NCBI GenBank assembly: GCA_046313635.1
Contig: JBKBYA010000006.1
Coordinates: forward strand, 1-64,000
Source: Pyrinomonadaceae bacterium
GTDB taxonomy: Bacteria > Acidobacteriota > Blastocatellia > Pyrinomonadales > Pyrinomonadaceae
Reading direction: 5' to 3'
DNA length: 64,000 bases
Part shown: positions 30,690-41,199 of the stretch, piece by piece
How positions within the stretch are numbered: the first letter of the stretch is position 1
Layout: each line of letters opens with the position of its first letter
Program-made: the position numbers and the translations under genes
Notes under the pieces: model-generated
The model's input: only the letters and a program-made list of their open reading frames with translations
The model's database searches: none
Told to the model about the DNA's origin: nothing

Positions 30690-31192
30690 ACAGTCGATAT
30701 CACTTACGGGTGTTTTGACCGATCCGGAGAAAGGCAGTTGGTGCGGTGACGCACAGCTGAGGGCAGCCGACAGCGGAAAGTAGGCCGCTAAGACGCTCGG
30801 GATCGAAGCCGAAAGGCTTGCTAGGGCGGAAACTGGGCCGCCCGAGTTGACCGGATAAAAACGGTCAACGCCATCAGGAGCTGATCACCCTGACGGTGCT
30901 AGGTCGCTCGCCTCCGAAAGGAAGCTGAGCCTCGTTGCCGGACTCGTAACCGGCGGTGGAGGAAAAGCCACCATAACAAAAACCTAACGGCACCGCACGC
31001 CATGTGCAGACGGGTCGTCGGCGAAAGCCGATCCGGGTGCTGACCGGAGAGTCAAGCCTTCCGCGGGCGTCTCCGGGATATAAATAAGCGGTTCGAGCGT
31101 GTACATGCGAGGACTGCGATTTACCCTCCGAATACGAAAGTGTTCGTCGAGTAAAAGAAAGCGCCGCTTCGAGAGATCGAGGCGGCGTTTTT
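30690..31192 (+). ncRNA. Candidate large structured non-coding RNA of unknown class (~500 nt)
   Basis: No credible ORF; promoter upstream, terminator downstream; at least 5 GNRA-capped hairpins and long-range pairings CCGGAGA/TCTCCGG and AAGGC/GCCTT. Confidence 0.7.
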
Positions 31193-31193
31193 A
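31158..31193 (+). terminator. Intrinsic terminator
   Basis: AAAGCGCCGCTTCGA-GAGA-TCGAGGCGGCGTTTTT. Confidence 0.85.
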
Positions 31194-31271
31194 ATTTCGG
31201 GCTCCCGGTTCGATCGCCGGGCCGCGATCTTTGTCTAAACAGGCTCGACCTCCTAGAATCAGGTGAAAGGC

Positions 31272-32312
31272 GTGTTTATCGATCGTGCAAAGATCAGGGT
31301 AAAAGCGGGCGACGGCGGAAACGGCGTCACGGCCTTCCGTCGGGAAAAGTTCGTTCCCCGCGGCGGCCCCTCGGGCGGCGACGGTGGGCGCGGAGGCGAC
31401 GTGTGGCTCGAGGCGACCGAGGGTCTGAATACGCTTTTGCACCTTCGTTACAATCCAGAGCACGTCGCCGAACGAGGCCGGCACGGCGAGGGCTCAAATC
31501 GGCACGGCAAGGACGGCGAGAGCGTTACCGTCCAGGTTCCGGTAGGCACGCAGGTCTTCGATGCCGTCAGCGGCGAGATGCTCTTTGATTTTGTCGAGGC
31601 CGGCCAGCGCTATTTGGCGGCGAAAGGCGGCAAGGGCGGATGGGGCAATTCACACTTCGCGACCTCTACGCGACAGGCACCGAAATTTCATTACAACGGC
31701 CGCCCCGGCGAAGAACGCGAGCTGCAGCTAGAGCTCAAGCTGATCGCCGACGTCGGGCTCGTCGGCTTTCCCAATGCCGGCAAGTCGACGCTCATCAGCG
31801 TCATCTCAGCCGCTCGGCCAAAGATCGCCGATTACCCCTTCACGACGCTCGAGCCCAACCTCGGCGTCGTCGATCTCGGCGATTACAGGACCTTTGTCGT
31901 CGCCGATATCCCTGGCCTGATCGAGGGAGCGTCCAAAGGTGCCGGACTGGGCGATCGATTTCTCCGGCACATCGAAAGGACAAAGCTGATCCTGCATCTC
32001 GTCGACGTCTCGTCGCTGTCCGGACGCGACGCCGTCCATGACTACGAGGTCATAAATCGCGAGCTGGCGGCCTACAGCCCCGAACTTGCCAGGCGCCCGC
32101 AGATCGTCGTGGCGACCAAAACGGACGCGCTCGACGAGCCCGACCGGCTAGTATCGCTTCGCGAGGCTGCCCAGAGGGACGGCCGAGACTTTGTCGAGAT
32201 CTCGTCGGTCGCTAACCGAGGCATACGCGAGCTGATCTCCCTGATCGACCGGCGCCTCGGCGAGATCTCGGCCGACCCTGGCCACCGCGCCGACGTATCG
32301 GCGGCGAAATGA
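31272..32312 (+). CDS. obgE: GTPase ObgE/CgtA
   Basis: [52 protein letters not shown]. Confidence 0.98.
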   Translation: MFIDRAKIRVKAGDGGNGVTAFRREKFVPRGGPSGGDGGRGGDVWLEATEGLNTLLHLRYNPEHVAERGRHGEGSNRHGKDGESVTVQVPVGTQVFDAVSGEMLFDFVEAGQRYLAAKGGKGGWGNSHFATSTRQAPKFHYNGRPGEERELQLELKLIADVGLVGFPNAGKSTLISVISAARPKIADYPFTTLEPNLGVVDLGDYRTFVVADIPGLIEGASKGAGLGDRFLRHIERTKLILHLVDVSSLSGRDAVHDYEVINRELAAYSPELARRPQIVVATKTDALDEPDRLVSLREAAQRDGRDFVEISSVANRGIRELISLIDRRLGEISADPGHRADVSAAK

Positions 32313-32324
32313 AGGTGCCGCCGC

Positions 32325-32360
32325 TTTGCCAAACCGAGATCTTTTGCCAAACCGAGATCT
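32325..32360 (+). repeat. Perfect 18-bp tandem duplication
   Basis: TTTGCCAAACCGAGATCT twice, directly before the nadD ATG. Confidence 0.9.
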
Positions 32361-32361
32361 A

Positions 32362-33003
32362 ATGAAGCGAATAGGTATCTACGGCGGGTCCTTCGATCCC
32401 GTCCATCGAGGGCATCTGTTGATCGGCCGTCGCGTCCGCGAACAGTTCGGACTTGACGAGCTCGTCTTCATGCCCGCTTGCCAGGCACCGCATAAACGCC
32501 GCAGTCGACCGACCGCGGCGATCGACCGGTACACGATGCTCTGCTTGGCGACCGAGGCCGACGCGTCGCTCAGGGTCTCGAGACTGGAGATCGAGCGGCC
32601 CGACCATCCGTACACCTTCGAGACGTTGACCACGCTTAAATCCGATCTTCCGAACGACCGGATCTTTTTCGTGATGGGCGCCGACTCGTGGGCGGATATC
32701 ACGACATGGTTTCGCTGGGAGGATCTGCTCGCATTGGCCGATCACATCGTCGTCACTCGGCCTGGCCATCAGATCGCGACGGATCATGTTCCGTGCGAGG
32801 TCCGCGATCGGATCGTCGACTGCCGCGGCGTCGAGCGGGCAGAGATCCGCGGCACGGCGTCGATCTATTTCACAGACGCGGTCAACGTCGACATCTCTGC
32901 GACGAGAATACGCAGTCGTGCGGCCGCGGGGGACGACTCGTGGCGTTCCGACGTGCCGGAAAACGTTGCAAATTACATCGAAAAATATCAGATTTATAGC
33001 TAA
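32362..33003 (+). CDS. nadD: Nicotinate-nucleotide adenylyltransferase
   Basis: GIYGGSFDPVHRGH, FVMGADS, ISATRIR; conserved obgE-nadD-rsfS order. Confidence 0.95.
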   Translation: MKRIGIYGGSFDPVHRGHLLIGRRVREQFGLDELVFMPACQAPHKRRSRPTAAIDRYTMLCLATEADASLRVSRLEIERPDHPYTFETLTTLKSDLPNDRIFFVMGADSWADITTWFRWEDLLALADHIVVTRPGHQIATDHVPCEVRDRIVDCRGVERAEIRGTASIYFTDAVNVDISATRIRSRAAAGDDSWRSDVPENVANYIEKYQIYS

Positions 33004-33431
33004 TGGAAGAACTACAGGAAAAGACCCTGCGTCACACGACGTCGGTCGGCGAGATCTCTGACGGCCGTACGCCATTCTCCGAGCTCGACCCCGAGATCAG
33101 ACTGGCTCTCCACTCCGCATCCGAAAAGAAGGCCTTGGATCTCGTCGTTCTCGACCTGAGAGAGATCGCCAGCTTTGCCGAGTTCTTTGTGATCGCGAGC
33201 GGTTCAAATCAGCGTCAGGTGCAGGCCATCTGCGACGCGATCGACGAGCGGCTGCGTAAAGAGCATCAGAGCAGGCCGGTTCGGGTCGAGGGATACGCGT
33301 CCGCTGAATGGGTGCTGATGGATTACGGCGATTTCATCTTTCACGTATTCAATAAGGAATCCCGCGAATTCTATGATCTCGAACGCCTCTGGCGTGACGC
33401 TCGGCGCGTCGAACTGCCTTCGGAGTTATAA
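33003..33431 (+). CDS. rsfS: Ribosome silencing factor
   Basis: EKKALDLVVLDL, FVIASG, WVLMDYGD..HVF..REFYDLERLW. Confidence 0.96.
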   Translation: MEELQEKTLRHTTSVGEISDGRTPFSELDPEIRLALHSASEKKALDLVVLDLREIASFAEFFVIASGSNQRQVQAICDAIDERLRKEHQSRPVRVEGYASAEWVLMDYGDFIFHVFNKESREFYDLERLWRDARRVELPSEL

Positions 33432-33446
33432 ACAAGGATCATAAAA

Positions 33447-36143
33447 ATGTTTCGAGGACTCTCGTTTTATTTGCTCTGGGCCTTGATCCTTGCGGGTACC
33501 GCCGGAGCCCAGTCAACGCGCGAACTCTCGGGGACGGTCGCTGACCGGGCCGGCGCAAAGGTTGCCGGAGCTGTCGTCTCGATCCGCGAACCTGTGAGAC
33601 GAACGGTCGTCACCGACGGAGAAGGCAGCTTCTCTTTTGGCCCACTTCCCTTTGGCGTGTACGTCGTTCATATTTCGGCAAGCGGCTTTGGCGAGATCTC
33701 GCGGACCGTCAGGCTCGACGCGGCGTCCGGCCCGCTCTCGATCACGCTCGACATCGGCGAACTTAACGCCACCGTGACGGCCGAGGTCGGCGAGGAGACA
33801 GATCGCCAAAACGTTCCTCAGGCGGTCAATCTCATCGGCGGCCGCGAGATCCTTGAACGGGCCAATCCCATTCTGGCGCAGGCCGCGCAAGAGGAGACGG
33901 GCGTCAATGTCCAGCGGACGAGTCCGACGCTCGGGGGCATCTTTGTCCGCGGCCTTGTGGGTACCAAGGTCAACGTTTTTGTCGACGGCGTCCGCTACAC
34001 GACCAGCGCCCAGCGCGGCGGGATCAGCACATTCTTTAACCTCAACGATCCGTCGGGGATCGAATCGATGGAGATACTTCGCGGCTCGAGCAGCGCGCAG
34101 TACGGCTCGGACGCGCTCGGCGGAACGATCGGCATCATTTCCAAGAGCCCGGTCCTAGGCGACAAGCGGCCGGAGCTTCACGGCGAAATCGGCGGTTCGT
34201 ACAACAGCGCCGACCGTGCGGCCGGTGGGTCGATCTTGTTGAGCTACGGCACAAACCGTCTCGGCGGCTACATCGGCCTCGCCGGGCGCCGCGTCGGCGA
34301 GATCCGGACGGCGGACGGACTCGATTCGCACTCGGCGTTGACACGCTTTCTCGGGCTGCGGTCCGATATTCTGGGCACGCGGCTGCCCGACACCGGATTC
34401 AAACAGTACGGCGGAAAGCTTCGTCTCAACTACTCGCCGAGCGCCGGGCAGCAGTTGGTCTTTCATTATTCTCGAAACCAGCAGGACGACGGCAAGCGTT
34501 ACGACCAGCTGCTTGGCGGCGACGGCAATCTCATCGCCGACCTAAAAAACCTGATGCTCGACCTCGGTTTCATCAGGTATGTCAGGCAGAGGTTTCTCGG
34601 TTTTGACGAGTTCTCGGTCACGGGCAGCTTTAACAGCCAGCGAGAGGAGCGAGTCAATCAGGGCGGACAGGGCGACCCGCTCGGCACGATCACGCACCAG
34701 TACGAGAGAACGACGGCGACGGGATTCAATTTTTTCCTAAACAAATCGCTCGCTTCGAGGCACTCTCTCACCTTCGGCGGCGATCTATACTCGGAGCGGG
34801 TCAATTCGCCCGCATACACGTATAACCCGCGGACCAGCGTCGTCCGGCCATCGCGGCCGCGAATCCCCGACAAGTCGCGATACCTGCTCGGCGGTGCATA
34901 TCTCCAGGACGTTTGGCAGGCGATACCGGAACGCCTGCGCGTGAGCGGCTCCATTCGCTGGAACGGAGCCCGCTATCGGGCACGGGCCGCGGATAGCCCC
35001 GTCGTCGCGGGGCAGCCGCTTTGGAATGATGATTCGCTTCGGACAGGCGATCTGTCGGGACGGATCGGCGCCGTCTACAGGCTTGTCGGCGGCCTGAGGA
35101 TCGCGGCGAGCTACAGCCGCGGATTTCGCGCGCCGAGCATCACGGATCTCGGTACGCTAGGCCTGACGGGTGACGGATTCGAGGCCGACTTTCAATCGGC
35201 GGCCGCATTCGGCGGAACGATCGGCACTACCGCGGGCATAGACGCCGTTGATACGCGGCTTCCGGTCGAGCGGCAAAGGTCGGAGATCACCGACAACATC
35301 GATCTTGGCGTGCGTTATGCATCGCGGCGATTCGAGACCGAGACGACAGTGTTTTTGATCGACTTTCGAGATGCGATCACGAAGCAGACACTGATCCTGC
35401 CGCAGGGTTCGGTCGGCCGGACGTTGGGCGATCAGACGATCACGGGCCAGCTCCCGAGCGGCGCGGTATTCGTCCCGCTTTCGACGTCGCCGGTGCTGAT
35501 CAGGGCGAATTACACCGGAGCGCGGATCTACGGATTTGAGTTCGAGACCGAGGCCCGCATAACGCGCGATCTCAAATTTGCGGGAAACTACACATTCATA
35601 CATTCCGAGGACAAAGAGACAGGGTTGCCGCCGAATATCGAAGGCGGAACGCCGCCGCCGACCGGTTTTGTGAGCCTCAAGTACGAGCCTGCCGGAAGCT
35701 GGTTTTGGCTAGAGGTCTTCTCGACGCTGGCTGCAAAGCAGGACCGCCTGTCGAATCTCGACCTGAGCGACCGTCGTACCGGCGCGACGCGGTCCCGAAC
35801 GCAGATACAAAACTTTTTCCGCCGCGGCGCGTGCGTGCGCGGCTTGACCAACGATCCGGACGCCATGTGCGGAACCGGCGACGAGACGATCCTGCTGCCG
35901 ACGGGCGAGACGATCCTGCAGGTGCAGAACCGGGTCCTCGGCCCGGGCGTCAATGCGGCGCCGATGTTCACGTACCTGCCGTCGTACGCGCTTTTGAGCG
36001 TGCGGGGCGGATTGCGATTTCGAGAGCGTTCGCAGATCTTTTGGGCATTTGAGAATATCCTCGATGCACAGCATCGCAACCCGAGCTGGGGCATCGACGG
36101 CCCGGGACGCAACATTCGCGTCGGGTATATCTACCGATTCTGA
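33447..36143 (+). CDS. TonB-dependent outer-membrane receptor
   Basis: Signal peptide, carboxypeptidase-regulatory-like N-domain, plug (IFVRG, VDGV, EILRGSSSAQYGSDALGG), GFRAP, C-terminal PGRNIRVGYIYRF. Confidence 0.93.
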   Translation: MFRGLSFYLLWALILAGTAGAQSTRELSGTVADRAGAKVAGAVVSIREPVRRTVVTDGEGSFSFGPLPFGVYVVHISASGFGEISRTVRLDAASGPLSITLDIGELNATVTAEVGEETDRQNVPQAVNLIGGREILERANPILAQAAQEETGVNVQRTSPTLGGIFVRGLVGTKVNVFVDGVRYTTSAQRGGISTFFNLNDPSGIESMEILRGSSSAQYGSDALGGTIGIISKSPVLGDKRPELHGEIGGSYNSADRAAGGSILLSYGTNRLGGYIGLAGRRVGEIRTADGLDSHSALTRFLGLRSDILGTRLPDTGFKQYGGKLRLNYSPSAGQQLVFHYSRNQQDDGKRYDQLLGGDGNLIADLKNLMLDLGFIRYVRQRFLGFDEFSVTGSFNSQREERVNQGGQGDPLGTITHQYERTTATGFNFFLNKSLASRHSLTFGGDLYSERVNSPAYTYNPRTSVVRPSRPRIPDKSRYLLGGAYLQDVWQAIPERLRVSGSIRWNGARYRARAADSPVVAGQPLWNDDSLRTGDLSGRIGAVYRLVGGLRIAASYSRGFRAPSITDLGTLGLTGDGFEADFQSAAAFGGTIGTTAGIDAVDTRLPVERQRSEITDNIDLGVRYASRRFETETTVFLIDFRDAITKQTLILPQGSVGRTLGDQTITGQLPSGAVFVPLSTSPVLIRANYTGARIYGFEFETEARITRDLKFAGNYTFIHSEDKETGLPPNIEGGTPPPTGFVSLKYEPAGSWFWLEVFSTLAAKQDRLSNLDLSDRRTGATRSRTQIQNFFRRGACVRGLTNDPDAMCGTGDETILLPTGETILQVQNRVLGPGVNAAPMFTYLPSYALLSVRGGLRFRERSQIFWAFENILDAQHRNPSWGIDGPGRNIRVGYIYRF

Positions 36144-36176
36144 TCATGCCGCGGCGAAAGCGGCACCACCCTTTAA

Positions 36177-36629
36177 ATGAAACTTCGTTTCGTCTGGGTC
36201 GGAAAGACCAAGGACCGCAACTATAAGGCGCTTGAGGACGAGTACCTCGGGCGCCTTCGCCGCTTTGCAACTGTTGAAATAGTCGAAGTTCGCGACGCCC
36301 AACCGCCCGACCGAAAACAAACCGAAAGCCAACGGATACTGGAAAAACTGAATCCAACGACTTACGTTTGCCTCCTCGATGTCGAGGGCAAACACCTCTC
36401 CTCTCGTCAGCTTGCTGCCGAGCTGGAAGCTTGGCAGAACCGGGGACTGAAGGAAGTTGTATTCGTTATCGGAGGCTCCGACGGGGTCACGGACGCCGTT
36501 GGACAAAGGGCTGATCTCAGGCTATCTTTATCGTTTATGACTTTCACGCACGAAATGGCGCGCGTGATCTTATTGGAGCAGCTTTATCGGTCCTACACAA
36601 TTTTAAGGGGTTTTCCGTATCAAAAATGA
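36177..36629 (+). CDS. rlmH: 23S rRNA pseudouridine-1915 N3-methyltransferase
   Basis: VGK, FVIGGSDG, SLSFMTFTHEMARVILLEQLYRSYTIL.G.PY. Confidence 0.96.
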   Translation: MKLRFVWVGKTKDRNYKALEDEYLGRLRRFATVEIVEVRDAQPPDRKQTESQRILEKLNPTTYVCLLDVEGKHLSSRQLAAELEAWQNRGLKEVVFVIGGSDGVTDAVGQRADLRLSLSFMTFTHEMARVILLEQLYRSYTILRGFPYQK

Positions 36630-36982
36630 GCAAATTGAATTTAAAGCAGATCAAGCAGAGGCTCCTCGACGAGCGAGAATCACTGATCGGCAAGCTTAGC
36701 GGCAACGATCTTTCGATCGATGACTCAGAGACGCCGGACCCGGTCGATCTGGCGGTCCGAAACTATTCCAAGAACGTAATGCTCGCGGTCTCCGAGAACG
36801 AAAGCAAGCAATTGGTCCTGATCGACGAGGCGCTGCGGCGCATCGACGACGACGAGTACGGCGAGTGCCAGAACTGTGAGGAGCCTATCAATCCAAAGCG
36901 GCTCGCCGCGATCCCGTGGGCTCGCTACTGCCTCAACTGTCAGGCACTGCTTGAGCAGGGACTGCTCGACGAAGACGAATAG
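36626..36982 (+). CDS. TraR/DksA C4-type zinc finger protein
   Basis: DPVDLA acidic tip; YGECQNCEEPI...RL.AIPWARYCLNCQ. Confidence 0.92.
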   Translation: MSKLNLKQIKQRLLDERESLIGKLSGNDLSIDDSETPDPVDLAVRNYSKNVMLAVSENESKQLVLIDEALRRIDDDEYGECQNCEEPINPKRLAAIPWARYCLNCQALLEQGLLDEDE

Positions 36983-37011
36983 ACCGGAGCAAGGGACCGG
37001 ATATTTCGCAG

Positions 37012-37043
37012 GCGGGGACCGACCGGTCCCCGCTTTTTATTTT
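37012..37043 (+). terminator. Intrinsic terminator
   Basis: GCGGGGACC-GACC-GGTCCCCGC then TTTTTATTTT. Confidence 0.75.
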
Positions 37044-37057
37044 GTTATTGCGCTAGA

Positions 37058-37795
37058 ATGGCGGCCGTGCTGAGCGATCTGCTGGACCCGTTGATCTCGA
37101 TCGCGTTCCCGAGCGCCTGCCTTGTCTGCGGAGCCTCGGTCGATCGCCGGGATGACGGCGCCGCATGCGGCGCTTGCTGGAGCGCGACACGACTGCTCGG
37201 TGACATTCAGAATAGTTGTCTCAGATGCTGCGCGATCACGCCGCTCGCCTCGCAGGCCGACTCCTGCCCGGAATGCGAATCGGCCGACTTCGACCGTGCG
37301 GTTTCAGCCGGCGTCTACGAAAAGGCCCTCGCTGCCGCCGTGTGGCATCTCAAGCACCGTCCCGTCGCCGCTCCGCGGGCGCTCGCTGCGCTGGACCGAG
37401 CTATCGCTTCGATCGAACGGGACGTTCCGCGGCTGATCGTGCCGGTGCCGCAGTCGCGTAAGCGAACTCTCGAGCGCGGTTTCAACCAGGCCGAGGTCCT
37501 CGCTCGATATGTCGCACGCCGCATCGGCCGACCGATCTGCACAGGAGTCCTCGTTCGTTCGACGCACACCCCTAAGCACCGCGGCGGGATGGACCGCAAG
37601 GCTCGGGCCGCAACGGTGGCCAAGGCATTCGAGGCCAGAATCCCGAAGCTCATCGACGGCTCGAACGTTCTGCTCGTGGACGACGTGCTCACCTCAGGCT
37701 CGACGGCGTCGGCATGCGCGGCGGTACTAAAAGAGAAAGGCGCGGCGAGGGTAGATGTGATCACCCTGGCACGCGCCGTGATGCAGTCGAACTGA
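37058..37795 (+). CDS. ComF family protein (double zinc ribbon + PRTase fold)
   Basis: CxxC pairs, VPVP, RGFNQA, LLVDDVLTSGST. Confidence 0.92.
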   Translation: MAAVLSDLLDPLISIAFPSACLVCGASVDRRDDGAACGACWSATRLLGDIQNSCLRCCAITPLASQADSCPECESADFDRAVSAGVYEKALAAAVWHLKHRPVAAPRALAALDRAIASIERDVPRLIVPVPQSRKRTLERGFNQAEVLARYVARRIGRPICTGVLVRSTHTPKHRGGMDRKARAATVAKAFEARIPKLIDGSNVLLVDDVLTSGSTASACAAVLKEKGAARVDVITLARAVMQSN

Positions 37796-37805
37796 CGCTC
37801 CCGAC

Positions 37806-39845
37806 TTACGGGGCGTCGTACTTCGGCACAGGCAGGTCGGTCCCCAAGCCCCACTGCGCGGCAAAGAAGGAACCGTTCGAACTCCTTAAGACATACCAAA
37901 CGCCCGTCGACGGTCGGAACACGCTGACATCGTCTCTGCCATCACCGTCGTAGTCGCCGACCACCGGAATGTCCTCGCTGATCCCCCATTGAATGTACTG
38001 GGCCGCCCCATTCGAACTCTGCAGTATGTACCAGACGCCCGTCGACGGCCGGTAAACGGCGGGATCCATCTTCTGATCGCCGTCAAAATCGCCAGCCGCC
38101 GGGATATCTCCGTTCTGCCCCCAGCTGACCGAACGGAAGCCCGCGGTCGCCGGCGAGCCGCTCGGCGACCACCACCACTGTCCGGTCAGCGGCCTAAAGA
38201 TCGCGCGATCGGCGAGGCCGTCCCCGTCGTAATCGCCCGGCGTCGGAATGTCGCCGCTCGAGCCGAATCCAAAATTGCCGACCGCCGAGCTTGAGGAGAA
38301 ATGGATCGTCCAAACCTGATTCGACGGCCGGTAAACAGCGATATCCGCCTTTGCATCGCCATCGTAATCGGCCGCGACCGGGATGTCGCCGCTCGCTCCG
38401 GCGACGGCTATCGTCGTCGTATTCGTCGAGCTCTTAAAGATGTACCAAACGCCGGTCGACGGCCTGAAAACGGCCACATCGGTTATGTTGTCGCCATCGT
38501 AATCCTCCGGCACCGGAATGTCGTCCGAGAGGCCGTAGCCCTGGATGCGGTTGGTCGAGTTCGAGCTGTGGTTGACATACCAGAGCCCCGAGCCCGGGCG
38601 AAAGATCGAGAGGTCGGTCTTTAGATCGCCGTCAAAATCGGCCGACGACCGAGCTCGCGTGATCCGGTCGATCTGGCCGTTGCTGTAACAGACGTAGATC
38701 TCGCCGTTGTTGTCCTGGCCAAACGAGACGATGTTCCGCGGCGTATCGATGAGCAAGCTCGAACTCGTGCCGTTCCAGAGAAAGATCTCGCCCGTGCAGT
38801 AGTCGGCGTAAACGTACGAGCCCGCCGGCAGACTTCCCTGCGTCCCGCGATAGACGAATCCGCCCGTGACGGAACACCGCCCGGAACTGTGCGAATACTG
38901 GAACAGCGGCGGGATGTACGTCGTCGGCGGATTGGTGCAAAGCGTCGGATCGATATTCGTGCACTGCGTGCCCTCGTAGACGCGCCAGCCGTAATTGCCG
39001 CCGCCCGAGGTCACGACGTTGACCTCCTCGAGCGCGTTCTGGCCGACATCGGCGATCCAGAGGTCCCCGTTCTGCCGATCAAAAGACCATCGCCAAGGGT
39101 TTCGCATACCGATCGTCCAGATCTCCTGACAAGTCACGCCAGCGGTCGTGCTGCCGCCGTCGCAGCGGCTCGTTCCCGCGCCGACGAAAGGGTTGGTCGG
39201 CGGGATCAGGTACGGCACCTGAGAGCCCTGCGGGATATTCACATCGATGCGAAGCATCTTGCCGAGCAGCAGCGATCGATTCTGCGCCCGATTGCCCGGG
39301 TCGTTGGCCGAGCCGCCGTCGCCCATGCCGATATACAGATAGCCGTCCGGGCCGAATTCGACATTTCCGCCGTTATGATTTGTGAACGGCTGCGGGATCG
39401 TAAGCAGGATCCGCTCGGTCGCCGGATCGCCCTGATTCGGATTGGCAAGGCTGGCCGCGTACTCAGCGATCACGGTCGCTCCGTCGCCGACCCGTGTATA
39501 GTTGACGTAAAACTTTCCGTTCGTCGCGAACTGCGGGTGGAACGTCATCCCCAAGAGGCCGCGCTCGTCGCCGCCGCTCACCGGTATGACGATCTTTCCG
39601 GTAAGGTCCAGGAATGTCGTGGGCGATGTCGACCCGGGCTGCAGCACGCGTATCAGTCCGCCCTGCTGCACTATAAAGAGGCGCTTGGTCGCATCCGGCG
39701 AGCTCCTGATCAAAACCGGACGGCTCAGGCCCGTAAGGAAAGTTTGCAGCCGCGGCGTATACGGAGCGGGCACGCCCTGAGCAAATGCGCTCGCCGCCCA
39801 TAGAGTGACGACGAGCAGTAAGATCGAACGGACAATGTTTTTCAT
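37806..39845 (-). CDS. Secreted PQQ-dependent sugar dehydrogenase (GSDH) with C-terminal FG-GAP repeats
   Basis: [60 protein letters not shown] repeats; start MKNIVRS. Confidence 0.92.
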   Translation of the reverse strand: MKNIVRSILLLVVTLWAASAFAQGVPAPYTPRLQTFLTGLSRPVLIRSSPDATKRLFIVQQGGLIRVLQPGSTSPTTFLDLTGKIVIPVSGGDERGLLGMTFHPQFATNGKFYVNYTRVGDGATVIAEYAASLANPNQGDPATERILLTIPQPFTNHNGGNVEFGPDGYLYIGMGDGGSANDPGNRAQNRSLLLGKMLRIDVNIPQGSQVPYLIPPTNPFVGAGTSRCDGGSTTAGVTCQEIWTIGMRNPWRWSFDRQNGDLWIADVGQNALEEVNVVTSGGGNYGWRVYEGTQCTNIDPTLCTNPPTTYIPPLFQYSHSSGRCSVTGGFVYRGTQGSLPAGSYVYADYCTGEIFLWNGTSSSLLIDTPRNIVSFGQDNNGEIYVCYSNGQIDRITRARSSADFDGDLKTDLSIFRPGSGLWYVNHSSNSTNRIQGYGLSDDIPVPEDYDGDNITDVAVFRPSTGVWYIFKSSTNTTTIAVAGASGDIPVAADYDGDAKADIAVYRPSNQVWTIHFSSSSAVGNFGFGSSGDIPTPGDYDGDGLADRAIFRPLTGQWWWSPSGSPATAGFRSVSWGQNGDIPAAGDFDGDQKMDPAVYRPSTGVWYILQSSNGAAQYIQWGISEDIPVVGDYDGDGRDDVSVFRPSTGVWYVLRSSNGSFFAAQWGLGTDLPVPKYDAP

Positions 39846-39968
39846 TTGATACTCAACCCCTGTGAAGTATGCGGAAAGTGCGAGGTCCTGGTCTCGGCAA
39901 CCAATTTCTTCCGTGTAATGGGTAAATCGATTGTATTCGTGCGACGGCGGCGGTGGCAAGAAGTTTGT

Positions 39969-41045
39969 TCAGACGCGGTATCTGAGCTTTTTGCCGGTGC
40001 CGGCCGGGTCGCCGTTGTCGATGTTTTGAAGTCGAAGCGTGATGTCCGCGGTCATATCGAGCGACGCTCGTTCGCCGCGCGCAAGATGCGCATGGCCGGC
40101 GGCCGCGATCATTGCGGCGTTGTCGGTCGAGAGATGCTTTGACGGGAAGTATACCGGCACACCGAGTCTGCCCGCGGCTGCTTCGGCCGCCGAACGCAAG
40201 GCCAGATTACACGCGACGCCGCCCGCGACGATCAGCGTCTGCGGCCGACGCTGGCGGGCCAGTTTTTCCATCGTTCCGACGAGCGAGTCGACAACACTCG
40301 CCTGAAAGCTCGCCGCAAGGTCTTTGATCGCCGGGGTCGGCTCGTCGCCCGGCCGCAGCGGCTCGATGCCGTTTTCGCGAACGTAGCGGGAGACCGCGGT
40401 CTTAAGGCCGCTGAAGCTCATATCCAGCCGGCCGTCGGAGATCTTTGCCTTGCTGAAGCGGACCGCCTTTGCGTCGCCCTCGCGAGCCAGCCGCTCGATG
40501 ATCGGTCCGCCCGGGTAGCCGAGGCCGAGCATCTTCGCGATCTTGTCAAAGGCCTCGCCTGCCGCGTCGTCGCGCGTACGCGAGACGATCTCGTATCTGC
40601 CTTCTTCGGGCACAAAGAAGATGTTCGTGTGGCCGCCGGAGACTATCAGGGCCATCGCCGGAAACGTGATCGGCGGATTGTCGAACGCCACCGAATAGAA
40701 ATGTCCCTCGATGTGATTGACGCCGACGAGCGGGACGTCGAGCGCAAAGGCAAGCGCCTTTGCGTAACAGACGCCGACGAGCAGCGAACCGATAAGGCCC
40801 GGCCCCTGCGTCACGGCGACCGCGTCGATCTCCTCGAGTTCGACCCTCGCCTCGTCGAGTGCCTGGGCGATGACGGGCTCGATCTTTTCGAGATGCTCGC
40901 GCGAGGCCAGCTCGGGCACGACGCCGCCGAAGGGCCGGTGAAGTTCGATCTGCGACGAGATGACCGACGACAATATCTCGCGGCCGTCACGCACGACGGC
41001 GGCCGCGGTCTCGTCGCACGAGCTTTCGATACCGAGTACGAGCAC
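39969..41045 (-). CDS. tsaD: tRNA N6-adenosine threonylcarbamoyltransferase
   Basis: [51 protein letters not shown]. Confidence 0.98.
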   Translation of the reverse strand: MLVLGIESSCDETAAAVVRDGREILSSVISSQIELHRPFGGVVPELASREHLEKIEPVIAQALDEARVELEEIDAVAVTQGPGLIGSLLVGVCYAKALAFALDVPLVGVNHIEGHFYSVAFDNPPITFPAMALIVSGGHTNIFFVPEEGRYEIVSRTRDDAAGEAFDKIAKMLGLGYPGGPIIERLAREGDAKAVRFSKAKISDGRLDMSFSGLKTAVSRYVRENGIEPLRPGDEPTPAIKDLAASFQASVVDSLVGTMEKLARQRRPQTLIVAGGVACNLALRSAAEAAAGRLGVPVYFPSKHLSTDNAAMIAAAGHAHLARGERASLDMTADITLRLQNIDNGDPAGTGKKLRYRV

Positions 41046-41084
41046 ATTTAGATTCTTGCCGCTCGCGCGCCTTTGTGCAAATTA

Positions 41085-41110
41085 AAAAAGGCGTCCCGTT
41101 AAGAGACGCC
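41085..41110 (-). terminator. Intrinsic terminator
   Basis: Minus strand GGCGTCTC-TTAAC-GGGACGCC-TTTTTT. Confidence 0.6.
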
Positions 41111-41199
41111 GTCACGCCGTGAGGCCAAGATCATTACAAAGTAACCCACCCCTTGCTCGTTCTATTAATTTGTAAGAATGTAATGATCGATCCGCATCG

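Noticed and set aside
30400..30783. 127-aa ORF in the rpmA-obgE gap
   Set aside because: TTG start without RBS, no motifs, overlaps DnaA boxes, promoter and structured RNA.
30690..31192. Identification as RNase P RNA, tmRNA, SRP or 6S RNA
   Set aside because: I could not find GAGGAAAGTCC / CAGAACCCGGCTTA (RNase P), tRNA-like ends with CCA (tmRNA), the SRP GGAA-loop motif, or a single-rod 6S fold on either strand.
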